The notes: a model not told the origin generated them from the sequence alone. A DNA stretch of 64,000 bases from Octopus vulgaris (GCA_951406725.2 OX597838.1:12772001-12836000), one strand, 5' to 3'. Positions 27,501 to 41,984 are shown, counted from the stretch's first letter. A program made the numbers and translations.

Positions 27501-28096
27501 ACCAATTATGGAATCAGAGTGCACACACTTATATAGACAGAAAAATCACAGACACTTTTTTTCTTGTTGATGGTAGCCATCCATGACCATCCTGTCATTT
27601 TAAAAGTATATCTAGGAATATATATATCCAGCATGTCCAGTCTTTTCCACCTAAATTTGGAGGAGGGGTTGGGATGATTTGGTTCTTTCTTAGTATGTGA
27701 TCTTATAGGAACTAACTAAACCCCACCCACCCCAATTATTTAATGTGTCGGTCCTGCCTGGTTAGTTTTGGTTCCGGTCACAACCACATATAGCAGCAGC
27801 AGTAAAAAAAAAAAATTTTTTTTTTTAAAGACTTTCTGGGTAGCCACCTTTTACTTATTGTTTCACCCCACCCCACCTACAGGTTTGTTCTACATGTTAT
27901 TTGTTGCCTACAATAATAATAATAATATTTGTTCTGAATTTTTTCCCTCTCCACCACCACCCTTATATTTTTCCATTGAATTTTTTTTTTTTTTTTTAAA
28001 TCCTATCCCCTCTAAAAAAAATTTCAAATAAAAGGCAATATACTACTTGCTTATACATACATACATATGTATGTGTATATATACATATGTGTGTGC

Positions 28097-28131
<35 letters not shown>

Positions 28132-28493
28132 GTATGTACATACACACACAATGCGTGGCGTGTGTGTGTGTGTAATTTCTGTTGACTTTATTTTTTTATT
28201 TTTTTTTTAAATACAATTCTGTGGGAACATTCAAATGTACAACAACTACAAAAAAAAAGAAATCATTAAAAAATAATATTGAAAAAAAAAAATGTTTAAA
28301 AAAAAATGGCAGCTGCCAACCTCAACTTAGCAGAACTGACTGAACTGGTATCTTTGTTACACAGGCAAGTGTACTCCGATATCTACATACATATTTCACT
28401 TTCTATACATACATATACACACACACCACTTCTACACATGCTTTCCTTCCTCTTACAACATTACCAATCAAAAAAAGAAACCCATGTGCATAT

Positions 28494-28526
<33 letters not shown>

Positions 28527-28968
28527 GTTTGTTTGTGTGTGTGTGTACATACATGAGTATATGTACATGCATACATAATGGAACTTGCAGGCAAGATTAT
28601 GAACTGTGAACATTTAATAAACAGCAAAAAATTTCACCCGGAATATTTTTTCCCCCCTCCTTGCAACTTGATGGACAATTTCCCCTCCCCCCACCCCTTG
28701 TTTTTAAAAAAAAAAAGGAAAAAAATCTGACTCCACATCAAGTCATTTGTACTTTTTGACTGTTTGTTCTGGGCAGTTTTACCATTTTGCTTCAAGTGCT
28801 TCTGTTACTTCAAAACACGGCAGAAGCATTCTCCCCCGTTCGATTACCAATGAGGTAAGTTGTACAAAGAATCCTTTGTCTCTTCTTCTTCTATAACTGA
28901 TCTCTCAGTATATATTTTCAGTTTCTGCCAGTTTTGCTTAGTTGTGATTCTCAGGGGCTTTGTTTTAA

Positions 28969-29320
28969 CCCTTTCATTACCGTATTTATTTTGAGATGGT
29001 TGGCGTTAGGAAGGGCATCCAGCTGTAGAAATTCTGCCAGATCTGACTGGCCTGGTGCAGCCTTCGGGCTTCCCAGACCCCAGTTGAACCGTCTAACCCA
29101 TGCTAGCATGGAAAGTGAACGTTAAACGATGATGATGATGCTCTGTGTTTCTTTCAATTACCTTAAATATAACAAAGAATTTAGTAAAATAACTTAGTTA
29201 TCATTCAACTAGTGTTAGGAACATAAATTGTGACTAAGGTTTGATGGAAGATTATTATTCAAAATTTAAGAAAACAAGACATTTGTACTCAAAGCAAGAG
29301 CCGGGTTGGTAATGAAAGGG
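28969..29320. mobile_element. piggyBac-like MITE interrupted by a family C SINE fragment
   Basis: TTAA on both sides; 13-bp TIR ccctttcattacc/ggtaatgaaaggg; SINE insert at about 28998-29140. Confidence 0.85.
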
Positions 29321-31627
29321 TTAAACTCCAATCCTTTCAACCATGATCATTAACCAGTTTGATACTAACCCTAACCCAAGACCATCCTTGGTTCTATTCT
29401 GACAAATCTCTTTTAATCTTTTAGCATTCAAACTGGCCTTAGCAGGCCCAAATATTCTCCTTGTTTTTTTATGTTCAAACTGACCAGATCAGGCCTCTTG
29501 CACCTACTTTACAATGTCACTTGTAAAGTAAACAATCGCAGCATTGAAATCTCAAAGCTATGAAATAATGTATGAGCAATTCAAAACAATGTAAATGAAT
29601 AGGCATCACATTTGACGAAGTAATCTGAATGCTAAATGATACACACTTTTTGTTGATGTTCCATGTTAAAGGCTGGGGGTGCCAAGAGAATGGTTCATTT
29701 CAGTTAGACACAAGAACACTTGCTTTTTGCGTTCTTATTAAGTTACTGTTGTTCATTTTATATTTTATTCTCCATCAGCAAGACGAATGACAAATGTCAA
29801 GAGTTATAGGGAAACTGAAATGATACTCCTTTCTACCGAAATTTGTGTGTTGGGGGAGGTGCTAGTCTATTTCAGCAACATTTGAACTCAGAATGTAAAG
29901 CTTATCTAATGCTGTAACTATTCTACCAGCTTGGAAACTTGACCCGAGCTGGATTTGAACTCAGAATGTTAAGTAATGAAGAAAATTCCCCTCGTATATT
30001 CTCTGATGTTTCAATGTCCTAACTGTATTAAATATAGATGTTTTCAATCCAGTTTGGATTCTTTGCCATCAAATTTGGATTCTTTGCAAATTTGAATTTT
30101 TCAATTGGTGCTCAAGCCTTGAAAAAATAAGAGAGAGTTAAACTACATCAGCCGTAATGGAATACATGTCTATCTTATCTAACTCGTCCAGTAGAGCCCA
30201 CCAATTGATATCTGAAAAGTTCAATGAAATAACAATGAAATAAGTCAGATAAGATAGACATCTATTCCCTTGAGCACCAATTGAAAAATTCAAATTTGAT
30301 GGCAAAGAATCCAAATTAGATCGGAAACATCTATAATATAATCCATTCATAGATTTTTTTTCTTTATTTTTTTCTTCCTTTGTATTTATTTACTTAATTG
30401 GTTTTTTCTTTCTTTCTTCATTTTGCAGAAGTTTATCTACTTCAGAGACTTTGTTAACCCGTCTATAGAAATTCAACTACTCAAACAAGGATTTCCGATT
30501 CTTGGGCAATACAAGGAATTATGCAGTGCAGTGGCTTTATTTGCAAAAGAGATATATATAGAGAGAGAGAAAGAGAGAGAAAAGCATGATTTGAGGATGC
30601 CAGGCAGAAGACGGGAAGAGTGGCGGGAAAAGAGTCACGGTTGCTAATTTTGTTGTTTTTTTTTTTTTTTCAAACCTCAAATGAGACTGAGCTGGCATCA
30701 TAAAAACACACGGCAACTGAAATTTCAAACTTTAAAAGCAAGCTGTAACTCCATCCTGCCATATTTTACTTACGATAAATCTCTCTGTCCCTTTTTTCTT
30801 CTTTTTTTGGTTGGTTGCATGGTTGTTTAAGGGGACTGGCTAGAAGCTAAGAAAAATCTCATTCCCACCCATCCAGTCATTTTTTGTTATATTTTGACAT
30901 TATATGTTCTTATATATGCAGAGAGGAAAATTAAATTAAATTCACTCACCGCGAGGTCAACCACTCCGTTCTAGTGCCAGGAAGGCAGCGCATCTTAAGG
31001 GGAGACAACTCCCCTCAGTCTTAAGGGAGACAACTCATAATCCCTTCCCTCCTCACTCCCAAAAAGAAAAAAAAAAAATTACCAGAAACTTATCAATAGC
31101 TTTTGATTTAAACTAAAACAGTAAAAAAAGGAAAATACCTTCATACATTTGGGTATTGAGTGAAGAGGGTAAATTATAAGATACCACAAAGAGAGCAGTA
31201 CAATATTCTCTGAGATTGAGTTCTGCTCTTTATAATGTTTAAATCAAAGAGACATTACTGCAATGTCGGCAAAACATTATTTTCGTCAGTGAATTTGATT
31301 TTCTAATAGTTTCCCCAACATCAAAGAATATCAAATAAACTCTGAGGAATTAAAGAAATTGTGATCATTATTTATTTATTTATTTTTTCATTCACTTATT
31401 TATTTTAATGTACTGCTTTTGTTATCTTTTTTTCTTTTTCTTTTTACAAGGAATGGAAGATTTCATTTGTCATCTGGTTTAAAGACCACCTGCTGACCAT
31501 GGGGTGCCTTTTAATGGAGGGTTCCCTGCGGCAGATATTCAGGCACCAGGCCTCCGGTCTGAAGATAACTTCCTCCTATCGACCTCTGATGTTTTGACAA
31601 GGGCTGCTTTTCTTGTGATTAATCCGC

Positions 31628-31659
<32 letters not shown>

Positions 31660-31919
31660 ACATTATCAACCACATATAGTTAACATATATTCTTTGTGTA
31701 TTTGCTGGTAGGCTGTGAATTGGCATGGTAGAGAAAACTTTCTCAAAGTACCAGGTGGTAAAACATTTGAAAGTCATAGACAGAAGTGATGATATATACA
31801 AAGTCCCTGTTGGGTATAAAGATAGGATATTCTCCGGGAAGCACTCAACCCAACTTCTTGGCTATTAAACACTTAGATTCCAAGCTGATACTGAAATTCA
31901 AGACAAAGAAATGCTTTAA

Positions 31920-32133
31920 TCCTTTCGTGACCAACCCGGCTGTGCCTCTGTAGTACAAATGTCTTGTTTTCATAGGTTTTGAATTCAAATCTTCCACCAA
32001 ACCTTAGTCACAATTTATGTTCCTAACACTAGCTGAATGATAACGGCTAAGTTATTTTACTAAATTCTTTGTTATATTTAAAGTAATTGAAAGAAACACA
32101 GAGGATCTCAAAATAAATACAGTAACGAAAGGG
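31920..32133. mobile_element. piggyBac-like MITE, same family as 28969, inverted and uninterrupted
   Basis: TTAA flanks; body is the reverse complement of 28969-29320 without the SINE. Confidence 0.82.
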
Positions 32134-32612
32134 TTAACACATCTTTGGATGTGTCAGATGTTCCAAGTGCACTTTAAACATCCTTTTTAGATTTACTAAC
32201 AACCATAATGGTGACATCTACATCTGATCAGATGATATGAACTTGTGTTTGACATAATTTCTCAGAAATTCCCTTACATTTTCTCGGTTAATCAAAACCA
32301 ATAATACTTCTGAGTACAGTAGTAGACAAATGACGAGATTGGAAGACGATAATCTACATGGAGCTCTAAATTCAAACAGCAACAGTTGTCCATCTATTTA
32401 TAATCACAAATATACTACAGGCAGTAGCACAACTGATGCCTGAGTTTGGTTCATCTGATGCCTTGATGACTTGGCTCAGAAGGCCAAGTTGAAGATGGAA
32501 GTCTCAAGCATCGATCCCGTGGCAGAACTGGTGGTGGTGGTGGTGGTCTTGGCTGGAGTTGCCAGGCTTGTGCTGCCCTTTTCTGTTCTTTTTTTTTTAA
32601 ATTCTTTTTTAA

Positions 32613-32832
32613 CCCTTTAGTGTTTAAACCGGACATATCTGGCCCAAATAATCTACCTGTTTTCTGTTAAAACTGCCCGGATTTGGTATCTCACACCAAC
32701 CTATAATGTCAATCTAAAAACAGGTGATAACATCATCGAAATCTTAAAGCTACGAAATAATTGCATGATTAGCTTAAAACAATATGGATGAATAAATATT
32801 ATATTTGACAGAATAATCTGAATGCGAAAGGG
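32613..32832. mobile_element. piggyBac-like MITE, second family
   Basis: ttaa|cccttt...aaaggg|ttaa; degenerate relative at about 29412-29640. Confidence 0.72.
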
Positions 32833-33222
32833 TTAAGTCTTTCTCCTCTCCTCAAAAGTAGAACTGTCGAAATGAATTTGAATTGTTCTTCGCCAGGATA
32901 GATGGTCAGCAACTTCTGTTTCCCATTATTACAATAGAATAGTTTTGGTGAAGCATCATGTGGTATTGCTTTAAAGAGATTTGTTGCATGAGGCCAAAAC
33001 ACTTCAAGAAGGTATAAAGTAAACTACAAAGGAAAATGAAACCAAGTTGCAGTTTTGCCTTGCATTTCTCTGTATCTTCATAACCTCAAATTACAGAAAT
33101 ACAAGATGTTTTTTCTTTTCTTTTTGTAGTTTACTTTGTACTGTCTTGTATTTATTGTTCTGACTTTACACAACAAATCTTTTGGAAATATATATATTAG
33201 CAACAGAGGTGATATTTATTAT

Positions 33223-33424
33223 ACTCTTTACTCTTTTACTTGTTTCAGTCATTTGACTACGGCCATGCTGGAGCACCGCCTTTAGTCGAGCAAATCGACC
33301 CCGGGACTTATTCTTTGTAAGCCCAGTACTTATTCTATCGGTCTCTTTTGCCGAACTGCTAAGTGACGAGGGACGTAAACACACCAGCATCGGTTGTCAG
33401 GCAATGCTAGGGGGACAAACACAG

Positions 33425-33455
<31 letters not shown>

Positions 33456-33622
33456 CATATATACGACAGGCTTCTTTCAGTTTCCGTCTACCAAATCCAC
33501 TCACAAGGCATTGGTCGGCCCGGAGCTATAGCAGAAGACACTTGCCCAAGATGCCACGCAGTGGGACTGAACCCGGAACCATGTGGTTGGTTAGCAAGCT
33601 ACTTACCACGCAGCCACTCCTA
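33223..33622 (-). mobile_element. SINE family A, full length
   Basis: Reverse complement of family A. Confidence 0.88.
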
Positions 33623-36194
33623 TACCTCATCCTGTGATGCACCTGGACATGTCATTAGTGACATTACCTGGAGTCAGTATATTATACTTGCTTGCAACTG
33701 TAAAAACTGGGATGTGACTTATCCATAAGCAGTTATGGTATGTGTGTGTATGTATATATATATGTGTGTGTGTGTGACTATACACATGCACATGCGTATA
33801 TATCTTCAAGGCTATGACAAAAGAGGATATACTGCCTTTTTATGACTCTGAAGGGGGGGACACTGCTTACGACTTTTCTGCAGACTGCTCCCGATTTATG
33901 GAATGGTGAGGTAAGAATCCATAGCTCCCTTCTTTTTCTATTTTTGTTGTAGGAAGCAGTACACCAACCAAGATGTTTGAACTATGATCCATTAAAAACC
34001 AAAAGCCTAACCATAGAACAGTGAGCTCATTCAAAGACATTCCAGTCTCAGGTGGTGGCCAGTCAGTAGAAGAACCAAGTTCACCAGCTTTTCTATTCAC
34101 TGTTTATATAAAGTTAATGTGGTTGTTTCTATGTTGCCATATGGTCTGCTAGAAATAGCAGCCAAATCTCCTGTGTTGAGAAATATGTATACATATAGGC
34201 ACAGGTGTGGCTGTGTGGTAAGAAGCTTGCTTCCCAGCCACATGGTTCCGGGTTCAGTCCCACTGCGTGGCATCTTGGGCAAGTGTCTTCTACTATAGCC
34301 TCGGGTTGATCAAAGTCTTGTGAGTGGATTTGGTAGGTGGAAACTGAAAGAAGCCCATCATATATGCAGGGTGGGTGAAAAGTAAGTAGGCATTAAAAAT
34401 TGGTAATAAAATCCATATTCTTTTTGCAAATGATACATGTTCCTTACTACATGGGAAAATGAAAGTAAATCTTCATATTTCAGTGTAAGCACCAGTGGCA
34501 CCAACCAGTTTTCTCAAGGAACCAGGGATGGAACAAATAACCTGAAGGATGTCTTGTTGTCTGAGAACCTTCTGAATCCATGTGTCCAAGTCCTCCAGTA
34601 TGCGAGGACTGATTTTCCCCACACTTCATTCCTACTATGCATAAATACAAAGAAATCCTCAAACTTAGCTGATCAGACTAGAGGGACCCTTTTTGTTGAT
34701 AATGCACCTCCTCTCCTAGAAATGATGGTAAAATAAGATGCAGATTCCTACTCGCCAGCATTACCTCCGTTATTTATCTGATTGATCAAGATATAATGTA
34801 ACTAGCGAAGAGATCTAGATGGGTTGTGTAGTTAAGAAATGTCTCTTTGCAACCACCTGGGCAAGTATCTTCAAGTATAACCCCAGGCTGACCAGTACTG
34901 GAAACTTCATTCCTTTATGCACACAGAATACTTCTTGCACACTGCTACCAAAATCAGTTATAATGGTTAAACTAATTTGCATATTGTGTGTCTGTCGATG
35001 GTGTGCTTAAATTATTGAACACATCTATATAACACAGGATGGTAGAAATATAAAATAAATTGATGGAAGATAGCAAAAACCATAAAATGTGCATTTGTTG
35101 GTGGTATAATTAAGTAAATTATATACATCTATACACAACACAGTGTATTAGAAACGTAAAATAAATTTACTTGCAAAATGGATAAGAGGTTAATAGCAAG
35201 AATGGCATCCAACTGTAAAAACAATAGCGCCAATAACATTCCTCTAAGTTATGCTAGCATGGGCAAAACTGCTGTAAAACAAATGACTATAGTCCTTCAA
35301 ACTATATATATATATTGTGAAGACCTGTTGAGGCAAGTGAAATCGAAATTGCTCAAATTTGTAGTTGTGATACCAGTGCCGGTGGCACGTAAAGGAACCA
35401 TCCGAACGTGGCCGTTGCCAGTGCTGCCTCGACTGGCCTCCGTGCTGGTGGCATGTAAAAAGCACCAACCGATCATGGCCGTTGCCAGCCTCGCCTGGCA
35501 CGTAAAAAGCACCCACTACACTCATGGAGTGGTTGGCGTTAGGAAGGACATCCAGCTGTAGAAACACTGCCAGATCAGACCGGAGGCTGGTGCAGCCTCC
35601 TGGCTTCCCAGACCCCAGTCGAACTGATGATGATGATGATATATATATATGGCCATAGCCTCAGGGCTAAAACATATAAAAGAATATATATGAATGCTTT
35701 CCTTGATGTAGTGCTGGATTCAAGCTGGTCCCAAATAGTCACCTTCCTCACAAGACATGACAACACTTTGTACCTGCTCCTTACCACTACTCCTGGTTAT
35801 CAGTGTCACTACCAAGGAACAATTAGGCAACTCCAATCGAGCTATGATTATTGCCAATCTGTCTCTTATGGACAGAAGCAAGAGCCATCACCACCTCCAA
35901 ACAGCTTGCTTTGACAGGAATTGTTACTGTGCAGAGTTACAATGTCCCAAACTGGTTTGAATTTTATGATTCCAGAGACATTCAATACTGTATTTCAAGA
36001 CATCCTCAGTTCGTTCTGGGCCACATGGGAAGCATCAGTATCGTGCAAATGCCTTAAAAATGATTAAAGTGCAATTTGGGGGGAGAGTAGTTGTTCAGCT
36101 TGCCTGGAAAGAGTGTTGTGATGCTGGACAGAAAAATAGACTACATAGAACAGGATTATAGAAGGTTGAGAGTGTCTTAGCATCATTAAGACCT

Positions 36195-36420
36195 TTATCA
36201 GGTGCTCTCCATCTATCTATTTAAAGCCGTATATGACAACGGTACATCCACACTTAGAGTTTGCATCACCAATCAGGAACCCTTGTCTTGCTTAGGATAT
36301 CAATCTCCGTGAAACTGTTCAGAAATATGCAACCAAGCAAATACCGACCATCAGGCATTTACCATACTCTGAATGTCTTGCTTCCTTGGACTTGAACACA
36401 TCAAAGTTCTGCCATCTGGC
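36195..36420 (+). mobile_element. CR1/L2-group LINE RT C-terminal fragment, decayed
   Basis: VHPHLEFASPIRNP...ETVQKYATKQIPTIRHLPYSECLASLDL matches the RPHLEYA...VQRRATK...Y.ERL motif. Confidence 0.8.
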
Positions 36421-36970
36421 AACTGACTTTGGAGACATCCACCATCTTTCAACAGCAGCCTTCGGCACTTTTTATATCTATTGGATTTCCTGTGAGTGTA
36501 ACATCTTTTTCAAGGAGTGGCCCTATCCTACAGTGCACCGTAGCTGTTTCTTTGGCAAACTTGTAGAAAGCTCTGGGGGTTAGATTTTATGTTGTCTATA
36601 GTCCAGGCTTCTTTATCTGCTCTTTACTTTTCATGGGAGAGTTGCAGACATTTTTCAATTTCCAACAGTTTTATTTTCAGGCGGGACTTTTCACTGCTTT
36701 CAATTTGTTTGTTTAGGTGATTTGAAACTTTTGTACGCCATCTCATAAGAATTTTCCTCTCTCTGGGGATTTTGTTCTTGTGTACAGAGGCCTTTCTCTC
36801 TGGGACACATTTGTGGCATATGGCTTGCATTACAGACATGAATTGTTGAAGTTTCATGTCGATGTCTGGCGAGGAGAGACATTCAGGCCAGTTTTGTTTG
36901 AGGATCTCTTTCTCAATTTGTTTCCAGTTTGCCTTATGGAAGTTCAAGCTGGAAAGAAACTGGGTTGATG
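36420..36970 (-). mobile_element. CR1/jockey-group LINE ORF2 fragment (endonuclease-RT linker)
   Basis: NFHKANWKQI...CHKCVP...KIPRERKILMR...IDNIKSNP. Confidence 0.75.
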
Positions 36971-37362
36971 ACTTTGGTAGGCTATTAATAGTTTTCTGGT
37001 ATTTCTATCTCAGTTTCTGAATTCACTGACCATCCAGTTTATTATGTTGAAGCTATAATTTATAACTGATATGGCTACCATATAATATATATATATATAT
37101 ATATAAGATGAAGTTTTTTTACAGAAAAATATTTCATCAAAAAAGTGGCAGTATATTTAAATACCTTTATAGGTTAAAATTATAAACAACTTATAAACAA
37201 GGGCAAAAGAAAATTATTTCTATACCAATATGCTGATAACAGACTTTTAAATCATCATTATTTCTGTAGTGGGTATATAATATATGGAAATTGACGATTT
37301 AAAAGTCTGTTATCAGCATATTGGCATAGAAATAATTTTCTTTTGCCCTTGTGTATAAGTTG

Positions 37363-37396
<34 letters not shown>

Positions 37397-38673
37397 ATAG
37401 GCTTCTTTCAGTTTCCATTTACCAACCCCACTTGCAAGGCTTTCAGCTAGAAGCTATAGCAGAAGACACTAGTTGTAGATGCCATACAGTGGTATTGAAC
37501 CTGAAACCATGTGGTCAAGCAGCAAACTTCTTACCACACAGCCATCCATGCCTGCACCTATAAACAGTCAAGAAATATTTTAAAAACAAAGCTAGACTTC
37601 TTTTTTTTTTTTTTTTTCTTTCTTATTAGATTCTAAATGAAATAATAAAATTCATTCAATCCATTTTTTAAAACAAAAAGGAAAGACAACCATGAAATAT
37701 TTACTTAATGCATCTGGGTTTTTCAAGTGTGTAAAATGTTTTGGTTTTAATTTATACATAAGAAGTGTGTATGTGTGTGTGAGAGTGTATATATATATAT
37801 ATATGTGTGATATATATATATATATGTGATATATATATATATATATATGATATACATATGTGATAAATGTATATGATATACATATGTGATATATATTTAT
37901 GATATACATATGTGATATATATATATGATATATATATGTGATATATATATATGATATATATATGTGATATATATATATATATATATATATATGATATATA
38001 TATATATGATATATATATATATGATATATATATATATGATATATATATGATATATATGATATATATATATATATATATGATATATATATATATATGATAT
38101 ATATGATATATATATATATATGATATATGTGATATATATATATGATATATATATGATGATATATATATATGCTATATATACAAACAATAAATATTCTGTC
38201 TCAGACAAAGAATAAATGCAAACATTTGGTAGTGTGCGTGTGAATATGTGTCTGTTGTGTACATGCATACATGTGTCTGTGTATATGTGTATATATGAGT
38301 GTATGTGAAAAAAAAACAAAGAATCAATGATTGGGAGTGGGGCAGGTAGAGAGGGGAAAATAAAAAATTAAAAGAAATCTTGTACACAGGGATGGGACGA
38401 GTGGAGGTATGTGATTTTGTGATTTTGTGAAAGAAGAGTTTCTTCCAATGTTTTAGGTTGGTTAATGAAAACTTACAGTAAAAGAGATGTTTTGATGCTG
38501 ATGTACTATTTTTTTTTTTTCATATTTTAAGAAATATTTTTTTTTACTGTATTTCAGCTGTGTTCATTTTTGATTAAATTCATTGAAACCATTGTTTTTT
38601 TTTTTTAATTTTTCTTTTCCATATTGTAAATTTTCTTTCTCCCGTCTTTCTTCAATACAAACACAATAGTTTT

Positions 38674-38720
<47 letters not shown>

Positions 38721-39411
38721 TATTGTTTTTTCCTTTAAGCCGAAGGATGCAAGAGTGTAGGAAGTTGTACATTTATCGACCCTAAGGTCAATTCGTAAAA
38801 AAAAAAAAAAAAACAAGAAACAAAAAAAAAGCCACCAAGACCTTACGGAGTGACCAGACACAACAATGGACATTCTTACAGATGAGAACTCAATTAGAAC
38901 CCTTGTCCCTCTGCTTCCTGCTCGTGTTTGCTTTTGTCGCTTTTCTTCCAAACTTCAAATGTCTTTAAACCTTCACATGTCAATAAATTTTTAAGTCTGT
39001 TTGCATATGCATGCATTGGGGCTGTTGGAGGAGTGGTGCATGTCGGAGGGCGTTGTCTCTACACATGTGTGTGTGTGTGGGGGGGAATATACGTTCATAC
39101 GTGTGTGTAACAGGATGAATAGAACACCATACAGTATATGTGTCTCTGTGTGTATGAAGATACATGTATGTGTATGTGTGTGTGTGTATATATAAATGTG
39201 AGAACACATAGCTTAGTGGTTATGGTGTTGCACTTGTGATATATATATTTATATATATATACATATATATATATATACACACACACATACATATATATAC
39301 TCATATATATATATGTATGTATATATACACATACGTGTGTATATATATATATACACACATATATACACACACATACATGTGGATATATATATACGCATAT
39401 ATACACATGTA

Positions 39412-39459
<48 letters not shown>

Positions 39460-39725
39460 CATACACACACACACACATATATGTATATATATATTTATAT
39501 ATATGTATACATATATATATATATACATATATATATAAATACACATACACATGTATATATATATATGTATATACACACACACACACATGCGTATATATAT
39601 ATATATACATACTTACTGAGTATATATTGAGTGTATGCATTTGCTATACTATAGGAAATAGCATTTTAAACTTCTTTGGTTGTTGATTTGATTCCCTTGA
39701 AGAAAAATCTAACCTTTGTTTTATT

Positions 39726-39862
39726 AAAACAAAAGACCCTGAAGAGATTCTGCCCCATACAGCTTAAAATGATAAATTCTTAACACTGGATTTAACCCAA
39801 ATGCTTTGAATTATGCATTACCAAGGGGCCAGAATCGAAACATATGTAGGTTGTTGAGTTTT
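39726..39862 (+). ncRNA. Type I hammerhead ribozyme motif with long stem II loop
   Basis: GACC CUGAAGA GAUUCUG CCCC [68 nt] GGGG c CAGAAUC GAAA C auau G UA GGUU. Confidence 0.75.
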
Positions 39863-40690
39863 CTGTTGTGGTTTTAAGAAATTTATTTCTATCTAAATTT
39901 TAACGACAAACTATGATACAAAAAAATTAACTATACATCCTCAACTTTCCATTTTCTTACCTTGTTAATTTTACCTATTATAATAATCTATAACACATCG
40001 TGGAGATTTCCTTCAAATGTGATGGAGTTTAAACCAGTGAAATTTCGGATTTATTAATCCCTAAGGAGGATATGACATCCTTGAATTGACTCTGTGTGTG
40101 TGTGTATATATATATATATACAATTGTTAAAAAGGCCAACAAGTGTTAAGGCAACGCAACAATCTCAAATCATATACATTATTACTATTGGAAAAAATTC
40201 AAACACTTACAGCTGTTTCTGTGACATCCCGAGAATATCCCAGAAACAGCTGTTAAGCTATGAATTTTTTTCCAATATTGATAATGAATATGACATGAGA
40301 TGTTTACTTTGCCTTAAAGTTTGTTGTCCTCTTTAACAATTCTGCTATATCAGAATGCAGTGGCTTCATAACTATTGTCTATTGTCTAGGCTAAAACCTT
40401 CGAGCCCTATTAACCCCTTACAGCATTTACCTAGAGTACCTAATCGTGTATGTCACCAGTAAACTAAACCCCGCATTTTGTATATATATAAGTATATATA
40501 TGTATATATACTTATATATATATACATATATATAAGTATATATACACATATGTAAGTATATACACATATGTAAGTATACATACATATATATATACACATA
40601 TGTAAGTATATATACATATATATATATACACACACATATATATATATACACATATATATATACACATATATATGTATATATATATATGTG

Positions 40691-40730
<40 letters not shown>

Positions 40731-41170
40731 TATATGCATATATACACATATATATATATATGCATATATATATACACATATATATACATATATATACATA
40801 TATATATACACATATATATATACACATATATATATACATATATATATACATACATATATATATATATATATACACATATATATATACACATATATATATA
40901 CACATATATATACACATATATATATATACACATATAATATATACACATATATATATACACATATATATATACATATATATATACATATATATATACATAT
41001 ATATATATACACATATATAGATACATATACACATATACGTATACACATATATATACATATATATACATACACATATATATATACATATATATACATACAC
41101 ATATATAGATACATATATATATATATATACATACACATATATATACATATATACATACACATATATATAC

Positions 41171-41202
<32 letters not shown>

Positions 41203-41652
41203 ATACACATATATATACATACACATATATATACATATACATACATATATATATATACACACACACACCCATAAGTAGATATACACATGTGCACACGCAC
41301 ACACACTCACACACACACACAATTACTATTCGTAATTAGTAGAAAGTTATAAGAATGATTCAAGGTCCGAGGGTCTCATGCCATACCCATTATCAAATGA
41401 GTGCCACACATGGAGGTTTCGGCCTTGGGTCTTATATTTTCTGAAACTTTCTGCCACTTAAAAATAATTCAAAAAAATAAAACGTGTGCATATGTACACA
41501 CGTATGTGTGTGTGTGTGTATGTGTGTGTGTGTGTGTGTGTGTGTCTGCGTTTTGTGTTTCCAACTGCTGGGATGATATTTGGTGATTCCTGCAACTGCT
41601 TCTGCCCCTTCCACACCTCCTCCAACAATTCCCCCACATCCCACCCCACCTC

Positions 41653-41874
41653 CTAAGATTTCACCTCCATTTTGAGGAGAGGCTGTTGTGTCGTTTCCTG
41701 TTTGATGAACTGCGAGGTGTCGATGGTGGCGTGGTCGACAATGCTGAACACAAACTGCAAGCACCCGGTCTTTATGTAGCTCCCATGGTGCAACAGTGCA
41801 GTGCCTTCCCATCCTGCACCACTGCCACCTATGAGACTGGACCCACTTCCTGTACAGTTGCACTGCTTCTTGAT
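41653..41874 (-). CDS. PHF12: PHF12 last coding exon
   Basis: ttccag| [45 protein letters not shown]...EVKS*. Confidence 0.96.
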   Translation of the reverse strand: MKKQCNCTGSGSSLIGGSGAGWEGTALLHHGSYIKTGCLQFVFSIVDHATIDTSQFIKQETTQQPLLKMEVKS

Positions 41875-41984
41875 CTGGAAACAAGTAAATAAAATGTACA
41901 TTTATCTATCTACTTATCTATATATATATATATAAAACATATATACATACATATATACATGCATATATATACACATATATATAA

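Noticed and set aside
40427-41322. 200-300 aa Y/I/C/V/M-rich ORFs, also at 18492-19208, 39095-39640 and 60273-60963
   Set aside because: (TA)n/(CA)n microsatellites lack stop codons; not proteins
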